Positions 1-9,753 are shown, counted from the stretch's first letter. The stretch is 64,000 nt of DNA from a virus (IMGVR_UViG_3300009158_002556:1-64000), one strand, 5' to 3'. The notes: a model not told the origin generated them from the sequence alone. Numbers and translations: made by a program.

Positions 1-451
1 CAACCACTTTTTGTTTTTTGAGTTCTTCCATATGTTGTTTATGGAGTTCTTTTCTTTTGGTGTTATCGTTTATTTCAAACTTAATTAATTTAATCTTGTC
101 AATAACTCCGTCAATAAATACAATTTCAAATTCAACCCAATAGTCATATACACCACCATCATTATTTTGATAATCATACATACGAATGGTTTTGGTTGTT
201 TTTACATGAGTCCACCAATGTTTGATTTCTTTTATAATACCAAACTTTTCAGAAAATGTTTTACCATTTGGATCGCCATCAATGTGTTCTCGCTCACATT
301 CACGCAACCATAGTGTACCATCTTCACGGATTTCATAAGAATCCAATCCGCAATCTAAATCTTTGGTTTGAAAAGATTCAGCGATATATCCCTTAGTATC
401 TTCCGGAAACGGAAGTGGATACTTACATACTATGTCATCATACATTCCCAT
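1..451 (-). CDS. hypothetical phage protein, runs off the left edge (missing from ORF track)
   Basis: Manual translation from ATG at 451: MGMYDDIVCKYPLPFPEDTKGYIAESFQTKDLDCGLDSYEIREDGTLW..., open to position 2. Starts 3 nt after the stop of 455..688. Confidence 0.75.
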   Translation of the reverse strand, partial: MGMYDDIVCKYPLPFPEDTKGYIAESFQTKDLDCGLDSYEIREDGTLWLRECEREHIDGDPNGKTFSEKFGIIKEIKHWWTHVKTTKTIRMYDYQNNDGGVYDYWVEFEIVFIDGVIDKIKLIKFEINDNTKRKELHKQHMEELKKQKVV

Positions 452-454
452 AAA

Positions 455-688
455 TTAGTTTCCTCGATTTTTGTGTTCTTGAATATCGTAAAGAAAATTA
501 CGAAATAAAACGTAATCTTCAACGTCTACTTGTTTTTCACCGGCAACTTTCCAATTTTTAATATAATCTAAGATGGTATTAACATAATAGCCTGGAATGG
601 TAATTGTTTTACCATCAAACGTCAAATCATCGTGTTGAATAATGATGGGGTGGATCGTTTTATCTTTAATTGTTAGTTCTACTTCCAT
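455..688 (-). CDS. hypothetical protein (77 aa)
   Basis: ORF track; directly downstream of a sigma70-like promoter. Confidence 0.6.
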   Translation of the reverse strand: MEVELTIKDKTIHPIIIQHDDLTFDGKTITIPGYYVNTILDYIKNWKVAGEKQVDVEDYVLFRNFLYDIQEHKNRGN

Positions 689-696
689 ATAATAAG

Positions 697-725
697 AGTC
701 TATACCGAATCGTGGATTTTGTCAA
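697..725 (-). promoter_or_regulatory. sigma70-like promoter TTGACA-N17-TAGACT
   Basis: Plus strand reads AGTCTA at 697-702 and TGTCAA at 720-725, 17-nt spacer, 8 nt upstream of ATG 688. Confidence 0.65.
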
Positions 726-766
726 TATAAAAAATTAATTCTGCAAAATAAAAATAGATATAAGGG

Positions 767-1609
767 ATGAAAGGAATTATTCTAGCGGGGGGGACTGGTA
801 GTAGATTATATCCATTAACCAGTACAATAAATAAACAATTGATGCCTGTATATGACAAGCCAATGATTTATTATCCATTTAATACTCTTATTACATGTGG
901 GATTACTGAAATTTGTATCATTTCTTCCCCGGACTATTTGCCACTTTACGAAAAGTTATTTGGTGACGGAAATCAATTAGGTTTGAAAATTACCTACAAA
1001 GTTCAGTACAAACCAAGAGGAATTGCTGAAAGTTTTATAATCGCTGAGGATTTTATTGGTAAAGATAATGTTGCTTTAATACTTGGTGACAATATATTCC
1101 ACGGAATGCCCAGAGTCAAGCCTTTACTTGAAGGCGCAATTATTTTTGGTTATGAAGTTACTGATCCAACCGCTTATGGAGTTATTGAGTTTGGAGAAGA
1201 TAATAAGGTTTTAAGCATAGAAGAAAAACCAAGCCAACCCAAAAGCAAATTTGCGGTGCCTGGCTTATACTTTTATGATAATAAGGTAATTGAATATGCT
1301 AAAATACTCAAACCTTCATCAAGAGGTGAACTTGAAATAACTGATTTAAATTTAATATATCTTGACAGGGGCGAACTTACTGCTATAAAATTTGCAAGAG
1401 GCACAGCGTGGCTTGATGCTGGAAGTGCTGAAACATTATTTCAAAGTAGTGCTTATATACAATCAATTCAATCTAGACAGGGTATAAAAATAGGATGTAT
1501 AGAAGAAGAGTGCTTAAAGCGCAAATTAATAAATAAAGCGCAACTTAAAAACCTCATTGACAAATTACCAAATTGCGAATACAAACAATACCTGAGCAAA
1601 TTATTATGA
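767..1609 (+). CDS. rmlA: glucose-1-phosphate thymidylyltransferase
   Basis: GIILAGGTGSRLYPLT, KQLMPVYDKPMIYYP, QYKPRGIAESF, LILGDNIF, SSRGELEITD, WLDAG motifs. Confidence 0.95.
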   Translation: MKGIILAGGTGSRLYPLTSTINKQLMPVYDKPMIYYPFNTLITCGITEICIISSPDYLPLYEKLFGDGNQLGLKITYKVQYKPRGIAESFIIAEDFIGKDNVALILGDNIFHGMPRVKPLLEGAIIFGYEVTDPTAYGVIEFGEDNKVLSIEEKPSQPKSKFAVPGLYFYDNKVIEYAKILKPSSRGELEITDLNLIYLDRGELTAIKFARGTAWLDAGSAETLFQSSAYIQSIQSRQGIKIGCIEEECLKRKLINKAQLKNLIDKLPNCEYKQYLSKLL

Positions 1610-2472
1610 TTATATTATTCGGCGCAACAGGCTACATTGGTAGCGAATTTAAAAAGCAACTAGAAGAACTTAAAGTTCCTGTATTTTTATGGTCAAATAC
1701 TAGAGTAACCACTTTTCAAGACTTAGAAAATTGGTATGCAGAAAAGGGTTATCCACTAATTGAATACGTTATAAACGCAGCAGGCTATACCGGCAAGCCC
1801 AACGTAGATGCCTGTGAATTACACAAGGATGATACTATTCATGGTAATGTAATCTGGCCAACCATCTTAACCGATTGGTGTATTTTAAATGATATTCCTC
1901 TGGGTCACGTATCCAGCGGTTGTATCTACGAGGGTAAAAGAGCCGATGATCAACCATTCACAGAGGATGATGAGCCAAACTTTAATTTTAAATATAACAA
2001 TAGTAGCTTCTATAGTGGTACCAAAGCAATCGCTGAAACCATCGTTGGTAAGTGGGAAAAGAGTTATATTTGGAGACTTCGTATTCCGTTTGAAGAATTT
2101 GATAACTCCAGAAACTATATCAGTAAGATTTTAAAATATCAACTACTTCTAGATGCAGAAAATAGTGTAAGTAATAAACAAGAGTTTGTAAGCGCTTGTA
2201 TTCAAACACTAAATAAAAAAGTACCATATGGTATTTATAATGTTACCAATAGTGGGTATATCACAACCAAAGGAATCACTGAGAAGTTCAAACAGACGAT
2301 TGCTAAAAACAAAATCTTCACGTTTGTTGACGAAGTAGAGTTTTACAAAAATGTGGTTAAAACCCCACGTTCAAATTGCGTGATGAGCAATGAAAAGTTG
2401 TTGTCAACTGGAATTAAAATGAGAACCGCTGATGAAGCGGTTGACTATTGTTTAAATAATTGGACTATATGA
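1606..2472 (+). CDS. RmlD-like SDR, NRS/ER-type (putative bifunctional 3,5-epimerase/4-reductase)
   Basis: FGATGYIG, NAAGYTGKPNVDACE, HVSSGCIY, SFYSGTK (YxxxK), LRIPF. Start moved to 1606 because of the ATGA overlap with the rmlA stop. Confidence 0.8.
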   Translation: MIILFGATGYIGSEFKKQLEELKVPVFLWSNTRVTTFQDLENWYAEKGYPLIEYVINAAGYTGKPNVDACELHKDDTIHGNVIWPTILTDWCILNDIPLGHVSSGCIYEGKRADDQPFTEDDEPNFNFKYNNSSFYSGTKAIAETIVGKWEKSYIWRLRIPFEEFDNSRNYISKILKYQLLLDAENSVSNKQEFVSACIQTLNKKVPYGIYNVTNSGYITTKGITEKFKQTIAKNKIFTFVDEVEFYKNVVKTPRSNCVMSNEKLLSTGIKMRTADEAVDYCLNNWTI

Positions 2473-3425
2473 ATATAATAGTAACTGGTGGTAGTGGATT
2501 TATTGGAAGCCACTTTATTGAAGAAATCATCAATCGTGATGATGTAAAGAATGTATACAATATTGATTGTGGTACTTATGCTGCAAACAAAAATCTTTCT
2601 TTTGATAAACATCCAAAATATCATAAACTAACTCTGGATATTGCAGCACCATACTTTCCAGATCAAAAAAACTATCTTCACTCATTGACACCATCTCATG
2701 TGGTTCACTTTGCAGCTGAATCTCACGTAGACAAGTCTATATCTGGTCCCAAACGATTTGTAGAAACCAATATTATTGGTACATTCAATTTACTGGAAAT
2801 ATTCAAATCTTATAATCTTAATAAATTTATACACGTATCGACCGACGAAGTATATGGTAGCTTAGGGTTCAAACAATCATCATTTGATGTAGATAGTCCA
2901 TACAGACCCAATAGTCCATATTCTGCCACCAAAGCAGCCAGTGATCTATTGGTCAGAAGTTACAACAAAACATATGGTACTCCTACGATTATAACCAATT
3001 GTAGCAACAACTTTGGTCCAAGACAATTCCCAGAAAAGTTGATTCCACTAACTATAAATAAGTTAAAGAACAAAGAACGTATACCTGTGTATGGTAACGG
3101 AGAGAATATCAGAGATTGGATCTATGTTAAAGACCATGTTAACGCTCTAATTAGTGTTACACTAGATGGTGTTGCTGGAAAACAATACTTGATTGGGGGT
3201 AACAACGAAGTGTCTAATGTAGAACTATTACACACGATTGTTGCTGTATATGAAACTATCACAAATCAAAAAGTTGATTGGGACTGGTTTGAATATGTAG
3301 ATGATCGGCCCGGCCACGACTTTAGATATAGTATAGATAATCGGGATTTCAGCATGGAATTTCCAAACTTTAAGTTAACTTCGTTTGAAACTGCTATTAA
3401 TGAGACTATTCGATCATATTTATAA
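2469..3425 (+). CDS. rmlB: dTDP-glucose 4,6-dehydratase
   Basis: TGGSGFIGS, HFAAESHVD, HVSTDEVYG, PNSPYSATKA, NCSNNFGPRQFPEKLIP, DRPGHDFRY. ATGA overlap start at 2469. Confidence 0.95.
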   Translation: MNIIVTGGSGFIGSHFIEEIINRDDVKNVYNIDCGTYAANKNLSFDKHPKYHKLTLDIAAPYFPDQKNYLHSLTPSHVVHFAAESHVDKSISGPKRFVETNIIGTFNLLEIFKSYNLNKFIHVSTDEVYGSLGFKQSSFDVDSPYRPNSPYSATKAASDLLVRSYNKTYGTPTIITNCSNNFGPRQFPEKLIPLTINKLKNKERIPVYGNGENIRDWIYVKDHVNALISVTLDGVAGKQYLIGGNNEVSNVELLHTIVAVYETITNQKVDWDWFEYVDDRPGHDFRYSIDNRDFSMEFPNFKLTSFETAINETIRSYL

Positions 3426-3428
3426 AAT

Positions 3429-3818
3429 GTGCCGATTAGAATTTATTCTAAAAACGCCAAAAGTCTAAAACTTTCTGAAGAAAAGGCTTGTTCTAAATTA
3501 ATCACTAGTGGTTCCATATACTCGCTGTATGTGGAATGTTGCACACCAGATAGTACTCGTAAAAACAGAGTATTTTTAATAAAAGATAACGGAGTTGTTG
3601 TAGGGTGGAGTATTATACAACAACTTAAAAAAACGTCAGGAAAACGTACATTTCAATTCATGATTTATATTAAACGTAAATATAGACGAATTGGTTTGGG
3701 TACCAAACTATATAAACGTAGCAAAAAGTACTTTGAATTAACCGATGCACAAATAAAGGTTTTTTCAACAACCAATTATAACTCTTTATTTTTTGACAAG
3801 GTAAGAACTAATTTATAG
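3429..3818 (+). CDS. GNAT-family acetyltransferase-like protein
   Basis: IYIKRKYRRIGLGTKL acetyl-CoA binding motif (R/QxxGxG/A); GTG start 3 nt after the rmlB stop. Confidence 0.65.
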   Translation: MPIRIYSKNAKSLKLSEEKACSKLITSGSIYSLYVECCTPDSTRKNRVFLIKDNGVVVGWSIIQQLKKTSGKRTFQFMIYIKRKYRRIGLGTKLYKRSKKYFELTDAQIKVFSTTNYNSLFFDKVRTNL

Positions 3819-4181
3819 AGTCTTTTCGTACACAGCCAACTTTGGATTTGCATATCCAAACTTCTTTACAAGTTGACCAGCAACACTATTTGCTTCATCT
3901 TCAATTTCACCACCAACATCTTGAGTTGGACCTTGAATCTTTCCATTTTGATTTTGTTGATGATGAATCAATTCATGTGCGATACTTCTTAACACATCTG
4001 CTACACCTCTGTTTTTACAATATACCTTTATATCACCGTTTGTTGCATTGTAATAAGCATAAGTCTTTAAATCTTCGTCACGATTTTGAGCTAACTTGAC
4101 TTTGAATGGTTTATTCAAGTTTAGCTCGTTGCTAACGAACTTTAAAAATTTAACAATTATGTATTTAGCTAATTTATCCAC
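3813..4181 (-). CDS. HExxH zincin-like putative metallopeptidase
   Basis: RSIAHELIHHQQ followed by EDEANSVAG; TATTTATT motif 3 nt upstream of the GTG start. Confidence 0.6.
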   Translation of the reverse strand: MDKLAKYIIVKFLKFVSNELNLNKPFKVKLAQNRDEDLKTYAYYNATNGDIKVYCKNRGVADVLRSIAHELIHHQQNQNGKIQGPTQDVGGEIEDEANSVAGQLVKKFGYANPKLAVYEKTL

Positions 4182-4194
4182 GTTAATAAATATA

Positions 4195-4665
4195 TTAAAT
4201 ACCAGCTTCTTTATATGATAATTTCACAATACCTTCATCGATAAGACGTTTACGATTGATTTTATGTTGACCTTGCACCTTATCTTTGTTTTCACCCATA
4301 TAACGAACTGCATAACCACTACTTATTAGTTCATCGTTCAAAACTTTCTTGGTTTCTGGATGTACAATCTCGCCAAGCAATCTTCCAAACTTTTCTCTAC
4401 CACTACTATCTACATCATCACTGATATGGGTACGTAGAATTACATATTTGTCCTTACATCCATCAATAAACTTTTTTGCAAAGTCTTTACTAACCAAACC
4501 AAACACCTTTTCAATTTTGTCTGACGTTCTGCTTTCTGGGGTATCAACACCAAGAAGTCTTACCTTTTGATCTGTTAGTTTTACGTCAAAACCCAAGTCG
4601 ATGTCTACAACAACTGTGTCTCCATCAACAACGTCAATTACTTTAGCATGATATTCGTATGGCAT
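4195..4665 (-). CDS. thermonuclease (SNase-like) family protein
   Basis: VIDVVDGDTV, VRLLGVDTPE, EKFGRLLG, LISSGYA; probable start ATG 4665 (MPYEY). Confidence 0.85.
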   Translation of the reverse strand: MPYEYHAKVIDVVDGDTVVVDIDLGFDVKLTDQKVRLLGVDTPESRTSDKIEKVFGLVSKDFAKKFIDGCKDKYVILRTHISDDVDSSGREKFGRLLGEIVHPETKKVLNDELISSGYAVRYMGENKDKVQGQHKINRKRLIDEGIVKLSYKEAGI

Positions 4666-4666
4666 A

Positions 4667-5521
4667 TTATTTTGTTTGTGGTGCAAGTATTTTACTCCAA
4701 AATCCCGTTTTTGAAACTTTCAAGTCGGACTTCTTTTCAGATTTTAATTCTTCAGTCTTTGACTTAGAATCCTTCGATTCGTTTATCAATTCAATAGTTG
4801 TACCTCCATCACGGATATTCAACTTAACTAAAACTTCTCCAAATTTACGTGGTTCTTCAACCTTGGTGGTAAAGGTATATCCCTTTTCATTAACACTACT
4901 ACGCATTTTTGTTGCCAAGTCTAGATTTTCTTTCTTTAGAAGTTCAATAGCGAGTTGATACTTTTTAAGTTCAGCTGCCAACGTATTTCTTTCTTGAGTT
5001 AACTCGTTGATTCTAGAAAGCAACTTATTCTCGTCATTTTCACTCTTGGCCTTGGATAACTCACCACCCAATTCCGCCAACTCAGCTGTCATCTTGATGA
5101 TAGTATTACGAAGAGCTTTTGCATCATTTTCCAATGCGGTTTTTTCATTAACCAATGAGTTAATCTTTACATCCTTTTCATCAATTGACTTTTTGAGATT
5201 GTCAGTCAATCCATTTAAAGTAATAAGATTGGTTTGAATAACCTGAAATTTTAGATTGTATTCTGTAATAAATCCTTCAAGTTCTTTCTTTTTTGTCTCG
5301 GTTGTATTAAGATTCTTGGATAAAGATTCGTTTTGTTGAGTTAAAGACGTTACCTCAGTACCATACTTCTCGACTTTAGAACTCAAAGTGAGAACATAGT
5401 ATGATAGAAAACCAAAAATAGTAACTGCCAGAATTAATCCGGCTAATTTATACTTTGCAATCTTCTCATGTTCTGATGGTTCATTTGTAACCGGTGTTGT
5501 ATCAATTTGATTTTTATTCAT
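4667..5521 (-). CDS. single-pass membrane protein with long coiled coil
   Basis: Hydrophobic LAGLILAVTIFGFLSYYVL followed by about 150 aa of heptad-rich K/E/L sequence. Confidence 0.65.
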   Translation of the reverse strand: MNKNQIDTTPVTNEPSEHEKIAKYKLAGLILAVTIFGFLSYYVLTLSSKVEKYGTEVTSLTQQNESLSKNLNTTETKKKELEGFITEYNLKFQVIQTNLITLNGLTDNLKKSIDEKDVKINSLVNEKTALENDAKALRNTIIKMTAELAELGGELSKAKSENDENKLLSRINELTQERNTLAAELKKYQLAIELLKKENLDLATKMRSSVNEKGYTFTTKVEEPRKFGEVLVKLNIRDGGTTIELINESKDSKSKTEELKSEKKSDLKVSKTGFWSKILAPQTK

Positions 5522-5536
5522 AACTTCAATAATTTT

Positions 5537-5896
5537 TTATTCTAACGTCAATAGATATTTTAGTTTATTCAATTCAGCCAACATTTCGTCTCTGATATTC
5601 AACAAGTCGGTATCAGATGATTCCAATCCTTTAGGAAGTTCGTTAACTAAATAGTCAATATATTTATCCACAAAGGTTTCTGTAGATAAATCTTGATAGT
5701 TTTTCAATTCGATTGTAAATCCACTTTTACTTTGAATACGACCATATTTACCCATCAATACTTCGATGAACTCATCAATCGATTCGGCAAATGCGTCATA
5801 TGCACCACCCAACGCTTGATGTTCAGAATACTTTCTTGTTTGCCAGTGATGGATTTTTAATTGGTTTTGTAGAGTTAAAAGATTGGTTACTATCAT
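5537..5896 (-). CDS. Dps/ferritin-like four-helix protein (phage DUF5856-like, from recall)
   Basis: LKIHHWQT...SEHQALGGAY...SIDEFIE matches the Dps HW / H / DxxxE pattern; start moved to ATG 5896, 6 nt after TATTTATA. Confidence 0.65.
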   Translation of the reverse strand: MIVTNLLTLQNQLKIHHWQTRKYSEHQALGGAYDAFAESIDEFIEVLMGKYGRIQSKSGFTIELKNYQDLSTETFVDKYIDYLVNELPKGLESSDTDLLNIRDEMLAELNKLKYLLTLE

Positions 5897-5972
5897 ATAT
5901 GTTATAAATATATGACAAAAATTAAAATAAACCAAAACATTATATCGTTGGGTATTTATATTATGTTATGTT

Positions 5973-6107
5973 ATGTTATTCTCTAAAAAACCGAAAAGAT
6001 TATGTGGTATACCTTGGACAGGTGATGGACGATATAGTCATAGTTTTGATTTCATTGACCGAGATGTTGTAAATGAACCAAATACATTAATATTTAAAAA
6101 CAAATGA
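5973..6107 (+). CDS. small hypothetical protein (44 aa, below ORF-track cutoff)
   Basis: MLFSKKPKRLCGIPWTGDGRYSHSFDFIDRDVVNEPNTLIFKNK*; its TGA overlaps the ATG of 6104 (ATGA). Confidence 0.55.
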   Translation: MLFSKKPKRLCGIPWTGDGRYSHSFDFIDRDVVNEPNTLIFKNK

Positions 6108-6634
6108 ATTGTGTATTACACTATTTAGAAGATGTAAACGACATACCCATGTTGGAAAATAACTACGACTTGCTTTGTCCAGTATTTGATAAGCAATATG
6201 TAATGTCATTCATACCAAATGCAATTCCCAATAGACAATTCGAACAATTATTTTACAAAAAAATAGACTTTTTAGATGATATACACAAGGAATATTCAAA
6301 ATATTTTATGTTGTATCAAATTAACAGATATGCACAATCTAAAAATCACAGAAGAATTTTGTTTATATCATCAAAAACCAAGTTGAAATCTACTGATCAA
6401 CTACCAGATTTAATAAATAATATAAACGCATTTGGTCCAGATCTAATTAAATTCGAACTAAATGGAAAAAGCTATGAAGATATGTACATATTTAGAATAA
6501 GTGTTCTTGATAATAATCTGGATTACGCAAATTGTAAATATGAAGACTATCTTAACAGAACTGTATATAATGGATATGAAGTATATATAAATAGTCCATT
6601 CAGTTTAACCAAAAACTTGGATGAGTTTATATGA
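6104..6634 (+). CDS. hypothetical protein, paralog of 6631..7182
   Basis: Shared N-terminus (MNCVLHYL / MKCAIHVL), ISSK/NxKL and C-terminal SP...NLD/EE/DF/YI. Confidence 0.7.
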   Translation: MNCVLHYLEDVNDIPMLENNYDLLCPVFDKQYVMSFIPNAIPNRQFEQLFYKKIDFLDDIHKEYSKYFMLYQINRYAQSKNHRRILFISSKTKLKSTDQLPDLINNINAFGPDLIKFELNGKSYEDMYIFRISVLDNNLDYANCKYEDYLNRTVYNGYEVYINSPFSLTKNLDEFI

Positions 6635-7182
6635 AATGCGCTATACACGTTTTATATAATAAAAACGATTTATGTAATATAGAACATAACTACAAAATAT
6701 TATCAAAAACTATAAACCACCATTTTTTAATAACCTTTATAAGAGATTTTTCTACTACTTGTAAATTTGATCAAACATTTTGTAAGGAAAGTAAATTTGA
6801 TACATCAATTGATCAAACCCTACAATTCTTCAAGGTATTAGCAGATATATTAAATTACTTAAATATTAAAAAATTTAAAAACACATTTATAATTTCAAGT
6901 AATTTAAAATTACACGAATACAAGTCGATTCCACTAACATCATTACTTGAATGTGTAAGATCAATAGAAGAATCAGATTTTGTTATTTTTATTAAAAATG
7001 GAGAAATAACGGATAAATTAGTACTAGCAAGAATTGGTTATTTAATATCAAATTTAGAATATTTTGATTGTGATATTGAATCGTTCAAAAAAAGAACAAA
7101 CAATAGAGACTGCAAATTCTATAGAGAATTGTTTTTGAGTAGTCCATATAAGCATAGTCGAAACTTAGAGGATTATATATGA
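6631..7182 (+). CDS. hypothetical protein, paralog of 6104..6634
   Basis: As above; ATGA overlaps at both ends. Confidence 0.7.
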   Translation: MKCAIHVLYNKNDLCNIEHNYKILSKTINHHFLITFIRDFSTTCKFDQTFCKESKFDTSIDQTLQFFKVLADILNYLNIKKFKNTFIISSNLKLHEYKSIPLTSLLECVRSIEESDFVIFIKNGEITDKLVLARIGYLISNLEYFDCDIESFKKRTNNRDCKFYRELFLSSPYKHSRNLEDYI

Positions 7183-8210
7183 AAGATGTGATATTATTTT
7201 TAACTAGTCCTTCAACTGAAGAGAAAAAACAATCGGCATTAACAAATCTTCGTCAATTGAAGAAGTTAAATAAGGATATAATAATACTATCAACTAATCA
7301 TATAACTGATCTAGAATTTCATAACATTGCAAAATATATAATAATTGACGAAAATAAGAATGTAATATCCAAAAAAACATATCATAAGTTGGTGGGATAT
7401 CCAACACCATATCGTAGTGCTAAAGCAGTTTTTCATTATTCAATAAACAACAATTGTGGATTAAATATAATTGTATACCAAGATACCAATTATCTCAATG
7501 TATATAAAAACACAAAAAATATCATAAGTTTTGCAATTGCATTAAAATATGAAAACTTCTTATTTGTTGAAGACGATCATTATTTCTCAGATACAGGCGT
7601 TGATCGTATAAACAAATACTTCCAAGACATTAAATCATTAAACGCTATATACTTTACAAATAAATGGCAACATGAAATCATAAGAAGTCATTTTTGGTTT
7701 GGTAATTGTAAGTATTTTCAAGAATCCATATTAAATAAGTTTCCAGAATCTATAGATGATGTTGATTATAACCATCCATATTTTTCTTTTTATGAAATGT
7801 TTCTTTATACTCAAATGTATATCGATGTGCATAATAAAAGTAATATAGTATTTGAATCGTTGGATAACAATCCATTTAATAAACTATTTGGTAGTGATTC
7901 ACAACTAAACAAACATAATAAAGATAATCATCAAAATTCAGACATATCATGTAATATACTTTATAATTTGAAAAACAACAAACCCACTTTCTTTTTTGTT
8001 AATAGGTCGTCAAAGAAAACCAATATGAGTGTTATTGTATATAAAGACGGCGTGGTAGTCCTTGAGAGATTATTAAAAATAGATAACGACGAGTTGATTA
8101 TAGAACCTATATCTATAGATGGTGAAATCAAAGTAGAAGTTGATGGTTATATAATAAAAACATTTAACCTTAATCATGATAATATTTTGTTTAATGGTTA
8201 TATAAGTTGA
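7179..8210 (+). CDS. putative GT-A-fold glycosyltransferase-like protein (family B member 1)
   Basis: MKDVILFLTSP...LRQL..L.KDII.LST; FLFVEDDHYFSDTG (DxD-like); HFWFGN. Confidence 0.55.
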   Translation: MKDVILFLTSPSTEEKKQSALTNLRQLKKLNKDIIILSTNHITDLEFHNIAKYIIIDENKNVISKKTYHKLVGYPTPYRSAKAVFHYSINNNCGLNIIVYQDTNYLNVYKNTKNIISFAIALKYENFLFVEDDHYFSDTGVDRINKYFQDIKSLNAIYFTNKWQHEIIRSHFWFGNCKYFQESILNKFPESIDDVDYNHPYFSFYEMFLYTQMYIDVHNKSNIVFESLDNNPFNKLFGSDSQLNKHNKDNHQNSDISCNILYNLKNNKPTFFFVNRSSKKTNMSVIVYKDGVVVLERLLKIDNDELIIEPISIDGEIKVEVDGYIIKTFNLNHDNILFNGYIS

Positions 8211-8214
8211 AAAT

Positions 8215-9279
8215 ATGAATGATGTAATACTATTTCTAACATCTCCACGAACGCCAGAACGTGAATTGTTGTCATTGATAAATTTAAGACAACTCGCTAA
8301 ATTAGGAAAAGATATTATTGTATTATCTACCATTCCTAATATAAACGAAGAATATTATAGATTAGCCAAATTGGTAACCTTTGATTTTTTCCAAGGCAAG
8401 ATAAGTAAGTTTTTTTACAAAAAAGCCAACACATACTCCATACCATATTTAAAGCCATATGGAGCCTATTATTACTCATTCTCAGATCCAAAATATCTTG
8501 TATATACAGATACTCACTTTTTAAGTGTATTTAGAAACACCAAGAATTTAATCAAATTAGCATACGCGTTAAATTACAAAAACTTCTTTTATGTTGAAGA
8601 TGATCATTACTTTTCTGATACTGGATTGGCTAAATTAAATGAATATTTCTTAAGAATTGAACACAATGCTATAAACGCAATATATTTTACAAATGTGTGG
8701 GAGGGATTGTCTACAACAAAAGTCACACACCCACACTTTTGGTTTGGTAATAGTGCATATTTCAATGAATCAGTACTTCACAAGTTTCCAGAAAACTATG
8801 ATGAATTGGAATCTCAATTTCCATATACATGCGATTATGAAACATGTTTATATAACATCACATATACGAATATACATAATAAAACAAATGTGATTCTTGA
8901 ATCAATAAAAGAAGAGGGATTTAAATCTTTATTTGGATCTGATACAATAATTAATCAAATATTCTCACACTTTAACATATCAGATGATTCTAGGATAAAC
9001 ATAATTCCATATAAACAGCCAAATTTATATAAATTAATATTGAACTTTAAAAAGTTTGAAATCTCAGATGATTTTATTTACGTCAAGGTTTATGTAAATG
9101 ATGAACTACTAGTTGGTGTATCTCTTAAATTAAAAGAATCATTGAATGTAATAGATTTGAATCTAAACCTAGACAATAAACCAAATGTTAAAATTGTATT
9201 TAATTCGGATGTTGTAAAAGAATTTAAAGAGTTAACCAAAGATAATGTATCAAAAAATGGATCGTGGGACGATTTATAG
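8215..9279 (+). CDS. putative GT-A-fold glycosyltransferase-like protein (family B member 2)
   Basis: Clear tandem paralog of 7179..8210 (MNDVILFLTSP, FFYVEDDHYFSDTG, HFWFGN). Confidence 0.55.
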   Translation: MNDVILFLTSPRTPERELLSLINLRQLAKLGKDIIVLSTIPNINEEYYRLAKLVTFDFFQGKISKFFYKKANTYSIPYLKPYGAYYYSFSDPKYLVYTDTHFLSVFRNTKNLIKLAYALNYKNFFYVEDDHYFSDTGLAKLNEYFLRIEHNAINAIYFTNVWEGLSTTKVTHPHFWFGNSAYFNESVLHKFPENYDELESQFPYTCDYETCLYNITYTNIHNKTNVILESIKEEGFKSLFGSDTIINQIFSHFNISDDSRINIIPYKQPNLYKLILNFKKFEISDDFIYVKVYVNDELLVGVSLKLKESLNVIDLNLNLDNKPNVKIVFNSDVVKEFKELTKDNVSKNGSWDDL

Positions 9280-9297
9280 ATATTTATATAAAAGAAT

Positions 9298-9753
9298 ATG
9301 ACTCCAGAAACATACATAGTGGAGTGTGCAAATTGGAAAGCCAAGGTGGACTTTACCAATACAAGTAGTTTCGAATCTACGACAGATAAAATATTCGAAG
9401 TCTGTACATTAGCATTTGAAAACATATTCGCAAACACTTATAATTCAGATCAGGTGATGGTGTTTGAATTAAAAAACTCAACTGGTGTAGATTACTTCAA
9501 GGATTTAAAAATGCAAAGAATTCCAGATCCATCATTTGCATTATTAACCAAAGCATATAGTCTAAAAGACGAAGACAATGAATCTAAACATTACTTTGTA
9601 TTAACAAGATCATTGTTAGAAAATGCTTCACTTCCAGATATGTTATTGGAATTAAAAGACTTTGAAAAAATTATGAAAAAGAATAACAAATTCTTTTACA
9701 AGAACTTGATTGACTTATTCAAAAACTGCAAAATATTAACCAACTTAAAATAA
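9298..9753 (+). CDS. hypothetical protein, similar to 17956..18306
   Basis: ANWKAKVD...EVCTLAFE...LLENAS; TATTTATA motif at 9281-9288. Confidence 0.65.
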   Translation: MTPETYIVECANWKAKVDFTNTSSFESTTDKIFEVCTLAFENIFANTYNSDQVMVFELKNSTGVDYFKDLKMQRIPDPSFALLTKAYSLKDEDNESKHYFVLTRSLLENASLPDMLLELKDFEKIMKKNNKFFYKNLIDLFKNCKILTNLK

